DNA of 64,000 nt from Escherichia coli (lineage in GTDB: Bacteria; Pseudomonadota; Gammaproteobacteria; Enterobacterales; Enterobacteriaceae), in assembly GCF_050920415.1 (NCBI RefSeq), contig NZ_CP169309.1; one strand, written 5' to 3'. The position numbers and the translations under genes were made by a program. Shown here piece by piece: positions 44,385 through 56,434 of the stretch. The notes beneath the pieces were generated by a model, which saw nothing but the letters and a program-made list of their open reading frames with translations, was not told the origin of the DNA and ran no database searches. How positions within the stretch are numbered: the stretch's first letter is position 1; every line of letters starts with the position of its first letter.

Positions 44385-44536
44385 AGAACCAGGGGCGGAA
44401 ATTCCAGCCCTCTCGATTGTTACGTAGCACGGACAGACTATACGCCTGATGGTCGTTCCCCATCGGGCCTGAAAACCGCAATACGCTGGGTAACAATCTT
44501 CGAGGGTAGCAGTTAACGCTGCTACCCTCTTTTTTC
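44385..44536 (+). ncRNA. sroC: Probable SroC sRNA (gltI 3'UTR / gltI-gltJ spacer-derived), ending in an intrinsic terminator
   Basis: Position and strong terminator (gagggtagcag/ctgctaccctc stem plus T7) match where SroC is remembered to lie; the 5' end is not determinable by eye. Confidence 0.45.
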
Positions 44537-44548
44537 TGGAGTAGATTT

Positions 44549-45289
44549 ATGTCTATAGACTGGAACTGGGGTATTTTTTTACAACAAGCCCCGTTCGGCA
44601 ACACCACCTATCTTGGTTGGATCTGGAGTGGTTTTCAGGTGACGATTGCTTTGTCGATCTGCGCCTGGATTATCGCTTTCCTCGTCGGTTCATTTTTCGG
44701 CATTTTACGTACCGTTCCAAACCGTTTTCTCTCCGGTCTGGGTACGTTGTATGTCGAACTGTTCCGCAACGTGCCGTTGATTGTGCAATTCTTTACCTGG
44801 TATCTGGTTATCCCTGAACTGTTGCCGGAAAAAATCGGCATGTGGTTTAAGGCAGAACTAGACCCCAATATTCAGTTTTTCCTCTCCTCCATGCTCTGTC
44901 TGGGACTGTTTACTGCAGCTCGTGTTTGCGAACAAGTACGCGCCGCGATTCAGTCGTTGCCGCGTGGGCAAAAGAATGCCGCGCTGGCAATGGGTCTGAC
45001 GCTACCGCAGGCTTACCGCTACGTACTGTTGCCTAACGCTTATCGCGTTATCGTCCCGCCAATGACCTCTGAGATGATGAACCTGGTGAAAAACTCCGCC
45101 ATCGCCTCGACCATCGGTCTGGTGGATATGGCGGCGCAGGCCGGTAAATTGCTCGACTACTCGGCCCACGCCTGGGAGTCATTTACCGCCATTACGCTGG
45201 CGTATGTGTTGATTAACGCTTTTATCATGCTGGTGATGACGCTGGTTGAACGTAAAGTTCGCCTGCCCGGCAACATGGGGGGCAAATAA
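44549..45289 (+). CDS. gltJ: Glutamate/aspartate ABC permease
   Basis: 246 aa polytopic. Confidence 0.95.
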   Translation: MSIDWNWGIFLQQAPFGNTTYLGWIWSGFQVTIALSICAWIIAFLVGSFFGILRTVPNRFLSGLGTLYVELFRNVPLIVQFFTWYLVIPELLPEKIGMWFKAELDPNIQFFLSSMLCLGLFTAARVCEQVRAAIQSLPRGQKNAALAMGLTLPQAYRYVLLPNAYRVIVPPMTSEMMNLVKNSAIASTIGLVDMAAQAGKLLDYSAHAWESFTAITLAYVLINAFIMLVMTLVERKVRLPGNMGGK

Positions 45290-45962
45290 TGTACGAGTTT
45301 GACTGGAGTTCCATTGTTCCTTCCCTGCCATATCTGCTCGACGGGCTGGTGATCACCCTGAAAATCACCATCACGGCGGTGGTCATTGGTATTTTGTGGG
45401 GTACGATGCTGGCAGTGATGCGCTTGTCCAGCTTTGCGCCGATTGCCTGGTTTGCCAAAGCCTACGTTAACGTGTTCCGTTCGATCCCGTTAGTCATGGT
45501 TTTGCTATGGTTTTACCTGATTGTGCCGGGATTTCTGCAAAACGTGCTGGGATTATCGCCAAAAAATGATATCCGTTTAATTTCGGCGATGGTGGCGTTT
45601 TCGATGTTTGAAGCGGCCTACTATTCAGAGATTATCCGTGCCGGTATTCAAAGTATTTCCCGTGGGCAGTCGAGCGCCGCGCTGGCGTTGGGGATGACTC
45701 ACTGGCAGTCGATGAAACTGATTATTCTGCCGCAGGCGTTCCGCGCGATGGTGCCGCTGCTGCTCACTCAGGGCATCGTACTTTTCCAGGATACCTCGCT
45801 GGTGTATGTGTTATCTCTGGCCGATTTCTTCCGTACCGCCTCAACCATTGGTGAGCGTGATGGTACACAGGTCGAAATGATTCTGTTTGCCGGGTTTGTT
45901 TATTTCGTTATTAGCCTTAGCGCATCGTTGTTGGTCAGCTACTTGAAAAGAAGGACAGCATA

Positions 45963-45963
<1 letters not shown>
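45289..45963 (+). CDS. gltK: Glutamate/aspartate ABC permease
   Basis: 224 aa polytopic; start overlaps the gltJ stop. Confidence 0.95.
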
Positions 45964-46688
<725 letters not shown>

Positions 46689-46694
46689 TCACTC

Positions 46695-46730
46695 TGGCGC
46701 GCATACCCAAGTGCGCGCCATCTCACGCTT
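46695..46730 (+). terminator. Putative terminator after gltL
   Basis: tggcgcgca/tgcgcgcca stem; weak T tract. Confidence 0.5.
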
Positions 46731-46805
46731 TATCGTTTCGCTCCTCGTATCTGTTACATCCTGGCGGTACCCTTGTCGCAAAGAAGCACACAACAAGGAG
46801 CAACA

Positions 46806-47741
46806 ATGGCACTGCCAATTCTGTTAGATTGCGACCCAGGTCATGACGACGCTATCGCAATAGTTCTTGCCCTCGCCTCACCAGAGCTTGATGTCAAAGC
46901 AATTACGTCTTCCTCCGGAAACCAGACTCCAGAAAAAACCTTACGCAATGTTCTGCGTATGCTGACCTTGCTCAATCGCACCGATATTCCGGTAGCAGGC
47001 GGCGCGGTAAAACCGTTAATGCGTGAGTTGATTATCGCGGACAATGTGCACGGCGAAAGCGGTCTCGACGGCCCGGCATTACCGGAACCGACGTTCGCAC
47101 CGCAAAACTGTACGGCGGTGGAGCTGATGGCGAAAACGCTGCGTGAAAGTGCGGAACCTGTCACGATTGTTTCTACCGGGCCGCAAACTAACGTTGCCTT
47201 GCTGCTCAATAGCCATCCGGAACTGCATAGCAAAATCGCCCGTATCGTGATTATGGGCGGCGCAATGGGGCTTGGTAACTGGACGCCAGCCGCCGAGTTT
47301 AATATTTATGTTGACCCGGAAGCGGCAGAAATTGTTTTCCAGTCAGGGATCCCGGTGGTGATGGCCGGTCTGGATGTTACTCATAAAGCGCAAATCCACG
47401 TTGAAGACACCGAGTGTTTCCGCGCGATTGGCAACCCTGTTTCAACCATTGTTGCCGAACTGCTGGATTTCTTCCTCGAATATCATAAAGACGAAAAATG
47501 GGGCTTTGTTGGCGCACCGCTGCATGACCCATGCACCATCGCCTGGCTGTTAAAACCGGAGTTGTTTACCACTGTTGAGCGCTGGGTTGGCGTGGAAACA
47601 CAGGGGAAATATACTCAGGGCATGACGGTTGTTGATTATTATTATCTGACCGGCAATAAACCGAATGCTACTGTAATGGTCGATGTTGATCGTCAGGGCT
47701 TTGTTGATTTACTGGCTGATCGTCTGAAATTTTACGCTTAA
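46806..47741 (+). CDS. rihA: Pyrimidine-specific ribonucleoside hydrolase
   Basis: [20 protein letters not shown] (DxDxxxDD motif); AAGGAG Shine-Dalgarno. Confidence 0.9.
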   Translation: MALPILLDCDPGHDDAIAIVLALASPELDVKAITSSSGNQTPEKTLRNVLRMLTLLNRTDIPVAGGAVKPLMRELIIADNVHGESGLDGPALPEPTFAPQNCTAVELMAKTLRESAEPVTIVSTGPQTNVALLLNSHPELHSKIARIVIMGGAMGLGNWTPAAEFNIYVDPEAAEIVFQSGIPVVMAGLDVTHKAQIHVEDTECFRAIGNPVSTIVAELLDFFLEYHKDEKWGFVGAPLHDPCTIAWLLKPELFTTVERWVGVETQGKYTQGMTVVDYYYLTGNKPNATVMVDVDRQGFVDLLADRLKFYA

Positions 47742-47752
47742 CACACCACATT

Positions 47753-47805
47753 GATTAAGATCACCACGCGTTCACAAGGTGGTCTTAATCTGTTTATCTC
47801 TTTTT
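47753..47805 (+). terminator. Terminator after rihA
   Basis: 13-bp stem gattaagatcacc/ggtggtcttaatc plus T-rich tail. Confidence 0.6.
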
Positions 47806-47824
47806 CTTTCAAGATATAAATGCA

Positions 47825-49495
47825 ATGGATAATGCAGAACTCGCCATTGGTATCGATCTCGGCACTACCAATAGTTTAATTGCCGTCTGGAAAGACGGTG
47901 CCGCGCAATTAATTCCAAATAAGTTCGGTGAATATTTAACACCATCCATAATTAGCATGGATGAAAATAATCATATTTTAGTCGGAAAACCCGCTGTATC
48001 ACGGCGCACTTCGCATCCGGATAAAACGGCAGCGTTATTTAAACGTGCAATGGGCAGTAATACCAACTGGCGGTTAGGCAGCGACACATTTAACGCACCA
48101 GAACTGTCCTCTTTAGTATTACGCTCATTAAAAGAAGATGCCGAAGAATTTCTGCAACGTCCGATTAAAGATGTGGTGATCTCCGTTCCGGCTTATTTCA
48201 GCGATGAACAACGCAAGCATACCCGTTTAGCAGCGGAGTTAGCCGGGTTAAATGCGGTACGCTTAATTAATGAACCCACAGCAGCTGCGATGGCATATGG
48301 CCTGCATACGCAACAAAATACCCGCTCGCTGGTTTTTGATCTCGGTGGTGGCACGTTTGACGTCACGGTGCTCGAATACGCCACGCCGGTGATTGAAGTT
48401 CACGCCTCCGCGGGAGATAACTTTCTTGGCGGCGAAGATTTTACTCATATGCTGGTGGATGAAGTTTTAAAACGCTCCGCAGTGGCTAAAAACATGCTCA
48501 ACGAAAGTGAGCTGGCAGCCCTGTACACCAGCGTGGAAGCGGCAAAATGCAGCAATCAATTACCGCTGCAAATTAGCTGGCAGTATCAGGAAGAAACGCG
48601 TGAGTGCGAATTTTACGAGAACGAACTGGAAGATTTGTGGTTGCCGCTGCTCAATCGCTTGCGAGTGCCGATTGAACAGGCGTTGCGCGATGCACGTCTG
48701 AAGCCAAGTCAAATCGACAGTCTGGTGCTGGTTGGCGGCGCATCACAAATGCCGCTGGTGCAGCGAATCGCCGTGCGTCTGTTTGGCAAATTACCGTATC
48801 AAAGTTACGACCCGAGTACTATTGTCGCGCTGGGAGCAGCAATCCAGGCCGCCTGCCGCTTACGCAGCGAAGACATTGAAGAAGTGATCCTCACCGATAT
48901 TTGCCCCTACTCCTTAGGTGTTGAAGTTAACCGCCAGGGCGTTTCCGGCATTTTCTCACCGATTATTGAACGAAACACCACTGTACCGGTGTCGCGTGTA
49001 GAAACTTACTCGACCATGCACCCGGAACAGGATTCAATTACGGTTAACGTCTATCAGGGAGAAAACCACAAAGTTAAAAATAACATTCTGGTAGAATCCT
49101 TCGATGTGCCGTTGAAGAAAACCGGGGCTTATCAGTCGATTGATATTCGCTTTAGTTATGATATCAACGGGTTGCTTGAAGTTGACGTGCTTCTGGAAGA
49201 CGGCAGCGTTAAGTCCAGAGTCATTAACCACAGTCCTGTAACATTGAGCGCACAGCAGATTGAAGAGAGTCGGACGCGGTTATCCGCATTGAAAATTTAT
49301 CCGCGCGATATGCTCATCAACCGCACCTTTAAGGCCAAACTGGAAGAGTTGTGGGCGCGGGCGCTGGGTGACGAGCGAGAAGAGATCGGCCGGGTGATCA
49401 CCGATTTTGATGCGGCGTTGCAGTCAAACGATATGGCCCGCGTCGATGAAGTTCGGCGACGGGCGAGCGATTATTTAGCCATTGAGATCCCATAA
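47825..49495 (+). CDS. hscC: Hsp70-family chaperone HscC
   Basis: IGIDLGTTNS, DLGGGTFD Hsp70 signatures; 556 aa (shorter than DnaK). Confidence 0.9.
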   Translation: MDNAELAIGIDLGTTNSLIAVWKDGAAQLIPNKFGEYLTPSIISMDENNHILVGKPAVSRRTSHPDKTAALFKRAMGSNTNWRLGSDTFNAPELSSLVLRSLKEDAEEFLQRPIKDVVISVPAYFSDEQRKHTRLAAELAGLNAVRLINEPTAAAMAYGLHTQQNTRSLVFDLGGGTFDVTVLEYATPVIEVHASAGDNFLGGEDFTHMLVDEVLKRSAVAKNMLNESELAALYTSVEAAKCSNQLPLQISWQYQEETRECEFYENELEDLWLPLLNRLRVPIEQALRDARLKPSQIDSLVLVGGASQMPLVQRIAVRLFGKLPYQSYDPSTIVALGAAIQAACRLRSEDIEEVILTDICPYSLGVEVNRQGVSGIFSPIIERNTTVPVSRVETYSTMHPEQDSITVNVYQGENHKVKNNILVESFDVPLKKTGAYQSIDIRFSYDINGLLEVDVLLEDGSVKSRVINHSPVTLSAQQIEESRTRLSALKIYPRDMLINRTFKAKLEELWARALGDEREEIGRVITDFDAALQSNDMARVDEVRRRASDYLAIEIP

Positions 49496-49503
49496 ACACG
49501 GCT

Positions 49504-49532
49504 GCCGGATGCGGCGTAAACGCTGCATCCGG
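49504..49532. repeat. REP-like hairpin / bidirectional terminator between hscC and djlC
   Basis: gccggatgc ... gcatccggc perfect 9-bp stem. Confidence 0.6.
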
Positions 49533-49554
49533 CATCGGCGCAAAAAACACATCC

Positions 49555-51006
49555 TCAGCTAAACAACATCGCGATTTTTCCGAGAGCATAGCCTATCACC
49601 AGCACCGTTAAGCTGATTTTGATAATGCTGGTAATGCTCTGTGGTTTTTCATCCTCATCATTTTTTTCTTCGTGGTTTTCAGGTGTTGGCTCATCGACAT
49701 CTTCATCCTCCGGCTCGAGTTTCACTTTCGTCAACAGCATCCGCGTGATAATGGCCTCTAATGGATGAGCATCTCCACCTTCCAGCCTTGTATTAAGACG
49801 GGCCAGCATCTCTTGTTTCGGGAACGCTTCCAGCACAACCTGTTCCGCTACCCGATACAAATCCAGTAACGGTGAATCTTGTTCTGTCTCGCTACCGACT
49901 CTCGATTTCCACCATGCCCATGCTTTGCGTTTGAAGAATAACGACTCAATAAACGATTGACCTAACGGCGATAATTTTCCGCTATGTAAAATTTCCGCCC
50001 ATAACAGCCTCGTCCGGGCGCTCTCACCAGGAACATATTTTAGCGGCTTACCTTGCGCATCAACCATACTTCGCGCTTCGATAACCATCACTAACAGCGC
50101 GAAGTAATCCGGGCAATGTTGCGCACTCCACTGCAGTAATAAATTATCGGCTTGTGTAGATGGATAACTTTCCCAGTAACCACAGAGATCGGCAAGCATG
50201 CTTTCACCCTCGCCGCAGTACAACTGTTGCGCACACTGGTAATATCGGGCATCTTCACTTTCTGGTTCTTCCGTTTGCCACTGTTGCGCTACAGAAATGA
50301 GTTCCGCCATACCTGTTTGCACCGAGCTATACCAGCGCAACAATTTGCGATGCAACTTCGCATCATCAGGAATGAACCACGGACCTTCCATTGCCATAAA
50401 CGCAGTGACATAGTCAGGATGGTAACGGCAGCAGCGTTCCAGCGCGAAGTAATACTCAACAGTCTGGTTCTGCAACGCGACGGGATATTCCAGAAGGCTA
50501 AGGAAATCGAAACAATCACCAGCCTGAATGGCCTCAAGAAAAGCCTCCCTTTCTTCCTCATCCATTCCTTCGCTGTCATTAAACGAATGCCAGTTCAAAC
50601 GCTCTGCCAGCAAAGAAGCACAATTTAATGAAAGATATCGCGCTTCTATAGCGACTGCACACAGCGGCCAGCGTAATTGATCGACATCCTCCATGTTCCA
50701 GGTATTTAATTGCTGAATAAATTTCTGCCAGGCGGAGGGCTGAAAACGATCACTTTCAGAATCCAGTAATGCCCTGAATGCACGTAGTATTTCATGTTCA
50801 GCGGCGGCATCTTTTTCTTCATCATCTGCTTCCTCGACAGGATTTACCGCCAGTCGCAGCGCCTCTTCATAGGCCTGGCGTAATGCTTTAAACCCCTGCG
50901 GATCGGTTTCGGGATGACACAACGGTAAGCGAGCAAGATAAGCCTGGCGGATAATTTCTATTTGCGTCGTGCTTTCAATTTCGAGGATTTGCCAACATGT
51001 TTTCAT
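49555..51006 (-). CDS. djlC: J-domain co-chaperone DjlC (C-terminal membrane anchor)
   Basis: N-terminal J-like domain ...[33 protein letters not shown]; C-terminal hydrophobic tail; 4-nt overlap with the ybeU stop. Confidence 0.85.
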   Translation of the reverse strand: MKTCWQILEIESTTQIEIIRQAYLARLPLCHPETDPQGFKALRQAYEEALRLAVNPVEEADDEEKDAAAEHEILRAFRALLDSESDRFQPSAWQKFIQQLNTWNMEDVDQLRWPLCAVAIEARYLSLNCASLLAERLNWHSFNDSEGMDEEEREAFLEAIQAGDCFDFLSLLEYPVALQNQTVEYYFALERCCRYHPDYVTAFMAMEGPWFIPDDAKLHRKLLRWYSSVQTGMAELISVAQQWQTEEPESEDARYYQCAQQLYCGEGESMLADLCGYWESYPSTQADNLLLQWSAQHCPDYFALLVMVIEARSMVDAQGKPLKYVPGESARTRLLWAEILHSGKLSPLGQSFIESLFFKRKAWAWWKSRVGSETEQDSPLLDLYRVAEQVVLEAFPKQEMLARLNTRLEGGDAHPLEAIITRMLLTKVKLEPEDEDVDEPTPENHEEKNDEDEKPQSITSIIKISLTVLVIGYALGKIAMLFS

Positions 51007-51710
51007 AGGTCGCTTACATCCTTAAGCGTTACCGGGCATTCAGGCTGGACAGTTAATGGCTGCCAGGGAAGCGTGGCATAGAAACGGTCGCTTCCCGCTG
51101 CCAGCTCTTCGAACATCCGACTCCCGGCGCTATCGTATTTGTACAGGGTTAGCGCCTCGCGTAGCGAAGCGTTGTCTTCGCACTGAGAAGATTGCCAGTA
51201 GAGACGCCCTAACGAATAGGCGGAAAAATAGTGCATCCAGCTGTGATAGTAATGGTGTGCTCGTATATAGACACGCGATTGCAGCCATAAACTCTCGTCT
51301 TCCGTCAGCCACTTGTTGAGCACACCAACCCGTGATAAAAAACTCATCCGCACATAATCCCAGGCTTTGATTCCCCCTTCCCCACAACACATAGCGGTTT
51401 GGGTAACGAATTGGGTATAAATCAACCCTCTCTCCGAGCCGCCAGCAATTAATGCTTTCCACTCTTCAGGGGAAGAGCGATGCCATGTCAGATATAAGCC
51501 AGCTAAATCATTGGCATGACCATCATCGGTCATCTGATAAATAGTCTGAATTAAATCATCACGATTATTTATTCCCCAGGATGATGAGAGATCGAATTCT
51601 TTTATCCCGGTATACATTTTTGGCGAGTCATGCGCTGGCTTGCAACCCTGATTAAGTATTTCCATGGGTGCAGAAAGCGCAAAAAGAAGATATTGTTCTT
51701 CCTTATTCAT
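51003..51710 (-). CDS. ybeU: YbeU (DUF1266 family)
   Basis: 235 aa; paralog of YbeR (shared [22 protein letters not shown] motifs). Confidence 0.85.
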   Translation of the reverse strand: MNKEEQYLLFALSAPMEILNQGCKPAHDSPKMYTGIKEFDLSSSWGINNRDDLIQTIYQMTDDGHANDLAGLYLTWHRSSPEEWKALIAGGSERGLIYTQFVTQTAMCCGEGGIKAWDYVRMSFLSRVGVLNKWLTEDESLWLQSRVYIRAHHYYHSWMHYFSAYSLGRLYWQSSQCEDNASLREALTLYKYDSAGSRMFEELAAGSDRFYATLPWQPLTVQPECPVTLKDVSDL

Positions 51711-51810
51711 TTGTTAATAATCCCTTAAGTGCATTAACTGACTACTTTTTTATTATCGATGAGTATAAACTTGACGTTTTCAAAATAAAAGAAAATAGAA
51801 GTATTCAAGC

Positions 51811-52365
51811 ATGAATAAAAAATTAATGTATATATTCGCAATATTTATAGTTGCGGCAATTACCTGTATTAGCCAACCCAAGAAAACGACCCTGCGCGAT
51901 AAAGCTATGGCGAATTATGTCTTTGATTATTTAAGCTCACCGGGCAGTCTTCCGTTTACCACGGCAGCAACAGAGCTTTCCGCCATTCATGGTCACTCAA
52001 CGTCGCAATATAGACTTGGCGAATTTTATCTTCATGGTAGCGATGGTAAGCCTCTGGATTATACAAAGGCGAGATACTGGTATGAGCAATCAGCGGAACA
52101 GGAAAATCCACGCGCGCAAAGTCAACTGGGATGGATCTACCTGAAAGGTTTGGGAGTCAATCCCGATACCCGTAAAGCAATTCTCTGGTATAAGGAAGCA
52201 GCTGAACAAGGGCATGTTCATGCACAATACACGTTGGGTTTGATCTACAGAAACGGCACGGGCATTAGCACCAACAATTATGAAGCTCGCAAATGGTTAG
52301 AACTGGCGGCAGAGCAACATTATAAAAATGCGGAAAGATTACTTGCAGAGCTTCCCGCACATTAA
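51811..52365 (+). CDS. ybeT: YbeT, Sel1-repeat protein with N-terminal hydrophobic segment
   Basis: 184 aa; repeats of A.YNLG..Y..G.GV.QD..KA..WY.KAAEQG type. Confidence 0.85.
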   Translation: MNKKLMYIFAIFIVAAITCISQPKKTTLRDKAMANYVFDYLSSPGSLPFTTAATELSAIHGHSTSQYRLGEFYLHGSDGKPLDYTKARYWYEQSAEQENPRAQSQLGWIYLKGLGVNPDTRKAILWYKEAAEQGHVHAQYTLGLIYRNGTGISTNNYEARKWLELAAEQHYKNAERLLAELPAH

Positions 52366-52374
52366 CGTCGACTG

Positions 52375-53802
52375 TCACCCGAACAGATGGAGTATTTTCC
52401 CTATCAAACCGGCAAAGATAAAAATGTAGAAAATAATTTTGATGACGCCCAGGCAGCCCGGCCCACCATCGTCAACGAGCATCGACTGCGGTTGCGGCTC
52501 CGGTTCGACGGTTTGCTTCTCGGTAAAATTTGCCGCCTGAATTAATAATCGACGAATCATTAATGCTTCCAGTGGACAACGATCTTCTGCATCAAGGCGG
52601 CTGACGATCGGCATTAATGATTCTTCTGTCGGTTGGCTGGCCTGAACTAATTGTTTAGCAACTAAATATAATGGCCATAAGGGATGTTCTGTATCACGCG
52701 TGAGTGAGATCCGCGGCTTACGTCCTTTGTGCAAAACCATCTCGACCAGAGAACGCCCCAGCGCAGAGAGTTTTTCATCACTGAGTATTTCGTATAAATG
52801 AAAACGCGTACGAGCGCTGTCACCAGGGACATAAAGTAGCGGTTTTCCCTGATCGTTAACCAGATCACGCGCTTCAATCATCATCACCACTAACGGGTAA
52901 TAATCGACCCGATGCTGACGGCACCATTGCAACATTAAAGCATCCGCCTGGGTGGAGGGATACTCGCGCCAGAAGTCACAAAGTTCTGCCAGCAGGCTTT
53001 CGCCTTCTCCACAATAGACGCGTTGCGCGTATTCATAATAACGCGCATCTTCATTATCAGGTTCAGCTACCCGCCACGACCGGGCGTAATCCAGAAGTTC
53101 GGGGATATCCAGACGGCTTGTGCTATACCAGCGGAGTAAATTTCTGTGCAAATTTGCATCATCGGGGATAATCACTGCGCGATGTTGCGCTAAATACAAT
53201 GTCAGCCATTCTGGATGCGATGACCAAATCCGCGCGAACATTTGGTAAAAATCAATGGTGTCATTTTGTACGGCAACGGGCAGATGCAGAATGGTCTGGA
53301 AGTTAAAAACATTCCCCTTCGCAATGGCATATAAAAAGGATTCCAGTTCTTCTTCGTCTATTTCCCCGACGTTTTCCTCCTGCAACCACCGCAATCTTTC
53401 TGCTAATAACACCACGCACTCGAAGGATAAATGGGCAGTGTTCATGGCTATTGTGCACAGCGACCAGCGTAATTCATCAATATCTTCCATCGAGCAATAA
53501 TTTAATTGCTGAATGAATCGCTGCCAGGCAGAGGGCAGAAAACGTTCGCTATCAGAGGCGAGTAACGCACGAAAGGCGAGCAGAATTTCATGTTCTGCAA
53601 CTTCATGTTCTTCTGGTTGCCAAACAGATTTAGCAGGCGACTGCGCAATCCGTAGCGCGTCCTCATACGCCTGACGAAGTTGTTTAAAACCCTGCGGATC
53701 GGTTTCTGGATGAAAGGACGGTAACAGCGCCAGATAAGCGCGGCGGATAATATCGACGTCAGTCGTTTCCTCTATTTCGAGAATATTCCAGCAATTTTTC
53801 AT
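52375..53802 (-). CDS. djlB: J-domain co-chaperone DjlB (C-terminal membrane anchor)
   Basis: Paralog of DjlC: [39 protein letters not shown]...; C-terminal hydrophobic tail; 4-nt overlap with the ybeR stop. Confidence 0.85.
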   Translation of the reverse strand: MKNCWNILEIEETTDVDIIRRAYLALLPSFHPETDPQGFKQLRQAYEDALRIAQSPAKSVWQPEEHEVAEHEILLAFRALLASDSERFLPSAWQRFIQQLNYCSMEDIDELRWSLCTIAMNTAHLSFECVVLLAERLRWLQEENVGEIDEEELESFLYAIAKGNVFNFQTILHLPVAVQNDTIDFYQMFARIWSSHPEWLTLYLAQHRAVIIPDDANLHRNLLRWYSTSRLDIPELLDYARSWRVAEPDNEDARYYEYAQRVYCGEGESLLAELCDFWREYPSTQADALMLQWCRQHRVDYYPLVVMMIEARDLVNDQGKPLLYVPGDSARTRFHLYEILSDEKLSALGRSLVEMVLHKGRKPRISLTRDTEHPLWPLYLVAKQLVQASQPTEESLMPIVSRLDAEDRCPLEALMIRRLLIQAANFTEKQTVEPEPQPQSMLVDDGGPGCLGVIKIIFYIFIFAGLIGKILHLFG

Positions 53803-54506
53803 AGGTCGCTCATATCATTAAGCGTTTCCGGACATGTGGGGTAGTCAGCCAGTGGTTGCCAGGGTAAGGTCGCGTAATATGCATCGTCACTGGCAATTAA
53901 TTGATAAAACATATCATTGCCGGAATCGTCGTATTCTTTACGTGCCAATGTTTCCCGCAATAACGGTAAATTGTCATCATCAGGAGACTGCCAGTATTGC
54001 CGGCCAAAGGTATAACCGGCAAAATACTGCCGCCAGCTGGTATAATAACGTAGCACCCGCAGGTGAAGACGCGATTGGATCCACAGGCTTTCTTCTTCGC
54101 TGAGCCAGTTATTAAGTACGCCCATCCGGCTTAAAAAACCCATACGGACATAATCCCAGGCTTTTATACCGCCTTCGCCACAACATTCGGCAGTGCTGGC
54201 GACAAACTGCGCATAAGCCTGACCTTGCTCATTTAGTTCAGCAAGATAGTCACGCCATTCACATGGAGAATAACGAAACCAGCGGTGATAAAAACCAGCC
54301 AACCGCGCAGCATGACCGTTATCCATCATTCGATGAATTGTCCGCAACAGGTCTTCACGGTCATCAATTCCCCATGAGGAAGAAAGGTCAAAAAAGCGTG
54401 TACCTAAATACATTTTGGGGGATGAATGCGAAGGTAAACAGCATTCATTGCGTATTTCCATCGGAGTGGAAAGTGCAAACAATATTTTTTGCGACTCCAT
54501 GTCCAT
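53799..54506 (-). CDS. ybeR: YbeR (DUF1266 family)
   Basis: 235 aa; paralog of YbeU. Confidence 0.85.
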   Translation of the reverse strand: MDMESQKILFALSTPMEIRNECCLPSHSSPKMYLGTRFFDLSSSWGIDDREDLLRTIHRMMDNGHAARLAGFYHRWFRYSPCEWRDYLAELNEQGQAYAQFVASTAECCGEGGIKAWDYVRMGFLSRMGVLNNWLSEEESLWIQSRLHLRVLRYYTSWRQYFAGYTFGRQYWQSPDDDNLPLLRETLARKEYDDSGNDMFYQLIASDDAYYATLPWQPLADYPTCPETLNDMSDL

Positions 54507-54663
54507 ATAATTTATCCTTAAACATTTATTTAATGAATGTAAACTACATTGCGAGACTCAGTTATTTATACTTTTCTGACGCAACATAATACGCATAAAA
54601 TAAGGCTTACGCAAAAATGGAATACATAAAAATATAATATGTTTTATCTACAACCATAAGGAA

Positions 54664-55647
54664 ATGATAATGATTTTTACGTCAAGTTGCTGCGATAATT
54701 TATCAATAGATGAGATTATCGAACGTGCTGAAAAAGGCGATTGCGAGGCTCAATATATTGTTGGGTTTTATTATAATCGCGATAGCGCAATTGACTCTCC
54801 GGACGACGAAAAGGCCTTTTACTGGCTGAAGCTGGCCGCTGAGCAAGGTCATTGTGAAGCACAATATTCCTTAGGGCAAAAGTATACCGAGGATAAAAGC
54901 CGTCATAAAGATAATGAGCAAGCCATCTTTTGGCTGAAAAAAGCAGCCCTACAAGGACATACTTTCGCTTCCAACGCCCTTGGCTGGATACTGGATCGTG
55001 GAGAAGACCCCAACTATAAAGAAGCGGTTGTCTGGTATCAGATAGCCGCGGAGAGCGGAATGTCTTATGCGCAAAATAATCTTGGGTGGATGTACAGAAA
55101 TGGCAACGGAGTCACACAAGATTATGCGCTGGCATTTTTCTGGTACAAACAAGCTGCATTGCAAGGCCATAGTTACGCACAAGACAATCTGGCCGATCTT
55201 TATGAAGACGGTAAAGGTGTTGCTCAAAACAAGACACTCGCCGCATTCTGGTATTTGAAAAGCGCACAGCAGGGTAATCGGCATGCCCAGTTTCAAATTG
55301 CATGGGATTATAACGCTGGCGAAGGGGTGGACCAGGACTATAAGCAAGCGATGTACTGGTATCTGAAGGCTGCCGCTCAGGAAAGCGTCGGCGCTTACGT
55401 TAACATCGGCTATATGTATAAACACGGTCAAAGCGTTGAGAAGGATTATCAGGCCGCCTTTGAATGGTTTACGAAAGCCGCTGAATGCGATAATGCCACT
55501 GCCTGGTATAACCTTGCCATTATGTATCATTACGGAGAAGGAAGACCTGTCGATCTCCGACAGGCTCTCGATCTGTATCGTAAAGCTCAGTCATCCGGTA
55601 CCAGGGATGTCAGTCAAAAAATCCGTGAGATTGAAGATTTACTGTAG
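54664..55647 (+). CDS. ybeQ: YbeQ, Sel1-repeat protein (about 8 repeats)
   Basis: 327 aa; tandem Sel1/TPR-like repeats, no signal peptide. Confidence 0.85.
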   Translation: MIMIFTSSCCDNLSIDEIIERAEKGDCEAQYIVGFYYNRDSAIDSPDDEKAFYWLKLAAEQGHCEAQYSLGQKYTEDKSRHKDNEQAIFWLKKAALQGHTFASNALGWILDRGEDPNYKEAVVWYQIAAESGMSYAQNNLGWMYRNGNGVTQDYALAFFWYKQAALQGHSYAQDNLADLYEDGKGVAQNKTLAAFWYLKSAQQGNRHAQFQIAWDYNAGEGVDQDYKQAMYWYLKAAAQESVGAYVNIGYMYKHGQSVEKDYQAAFEWFTKAAECDNATAWYNLAIMYHYGEGRPVDLRQALDLYRKAQSSGTRDVSQKIREIEDLL

Positions 55648-55716
55648 AGATAAAAACAAGGGCCGGGGAATTTTATTCGGCCCATATTCTCTTTATTGCT
55701 GTTTGAAATCGGACCA

Positions 55717-56199
55717 TTAAGGCTCGAACGGGCGTCTCTGGAACTGATCATGACCACATTTCGGGCATAGCGTCAGCACTTCCGGTGTGTAGATTGGGAG
55801 ATGGAAGTGACATTTCTCGCAGACCAGATTCCCCAGACCTACGACTTCCCCGCTGTGATAAACCCCGTGATGATTGAGATCCTGGAAAACTTCGCGCCAC
55901 TCAAGTTGCGTTTTATCGGTAATGTCCGCCAGTTCCTGCCAGAGGCTTTCTTTAATCACCCGCATAAAGACGCTGTCAGACTCTTCTTTCAGGCTCTCTT
56001 CATAGCTCATGGCGAACTCTTCCAGGTCACGTCTGACAGCTCGCGTCAGCTCATCGACCTCGGTTCGCGTTAACTCCCCTGTTTTTATTACGCGCTCGCG
56101 CGCCTGTTCCACCAGTGCGTCGATATCACGTTCGCCATTACGCAGGCGTTCGCTCAGTGACGCGACCAGTTCACGGTAATATTGAGCAACCTTGTTCAT
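55717..56199 (-). CDS. ybeL: YbeL (DUF1451, C-terminal zinc-ribbon)
   Basis: 160 aa; CEKCH...CPKCGH motif. Confidence 0.85.
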   Translation of the reverse strand: MNKVAQYYRELVASLSERLRNGERDIDALVEQARERVIKTGELTRTEVDELTRAVRRDLEEFAMSYEESLKEESDSVFMRVIKESLWQELADITDKTQLEWREVFQDLNHHGVYHSGEVVGLGNLVCEKCHFHLPIYTPEVLTLCPKCGHDQFQRRPFEP

Positions 56200-56434
56200 C
56201 GTTTCATCTCCCGGGTCGTTAACTGACTATAATAATAGACGTTCTTTGTTCCTTGCTTTGCTATTACGCCCACAAACTCTGTAAATTAATGTATGAATAA
56301 TCCGGGCATCATTTCAACGTCGAGTGCGCGAAAGGCTGTTTTGACGCGGACGTTTGGGCTATGCTATGCGGATCTGAAAAACCACCTCTAACGCTACTTT
56401 TGTAGCCGTATTGAAAACAGGACCACTGGCTGCC

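Noticed and set aside
55648-55716. Possible terminator hairpin between ybeQ and ybeL
   Set aside because: Only a 6-bp stem with a 12-nt loop and no clear T tract; too weak to call.
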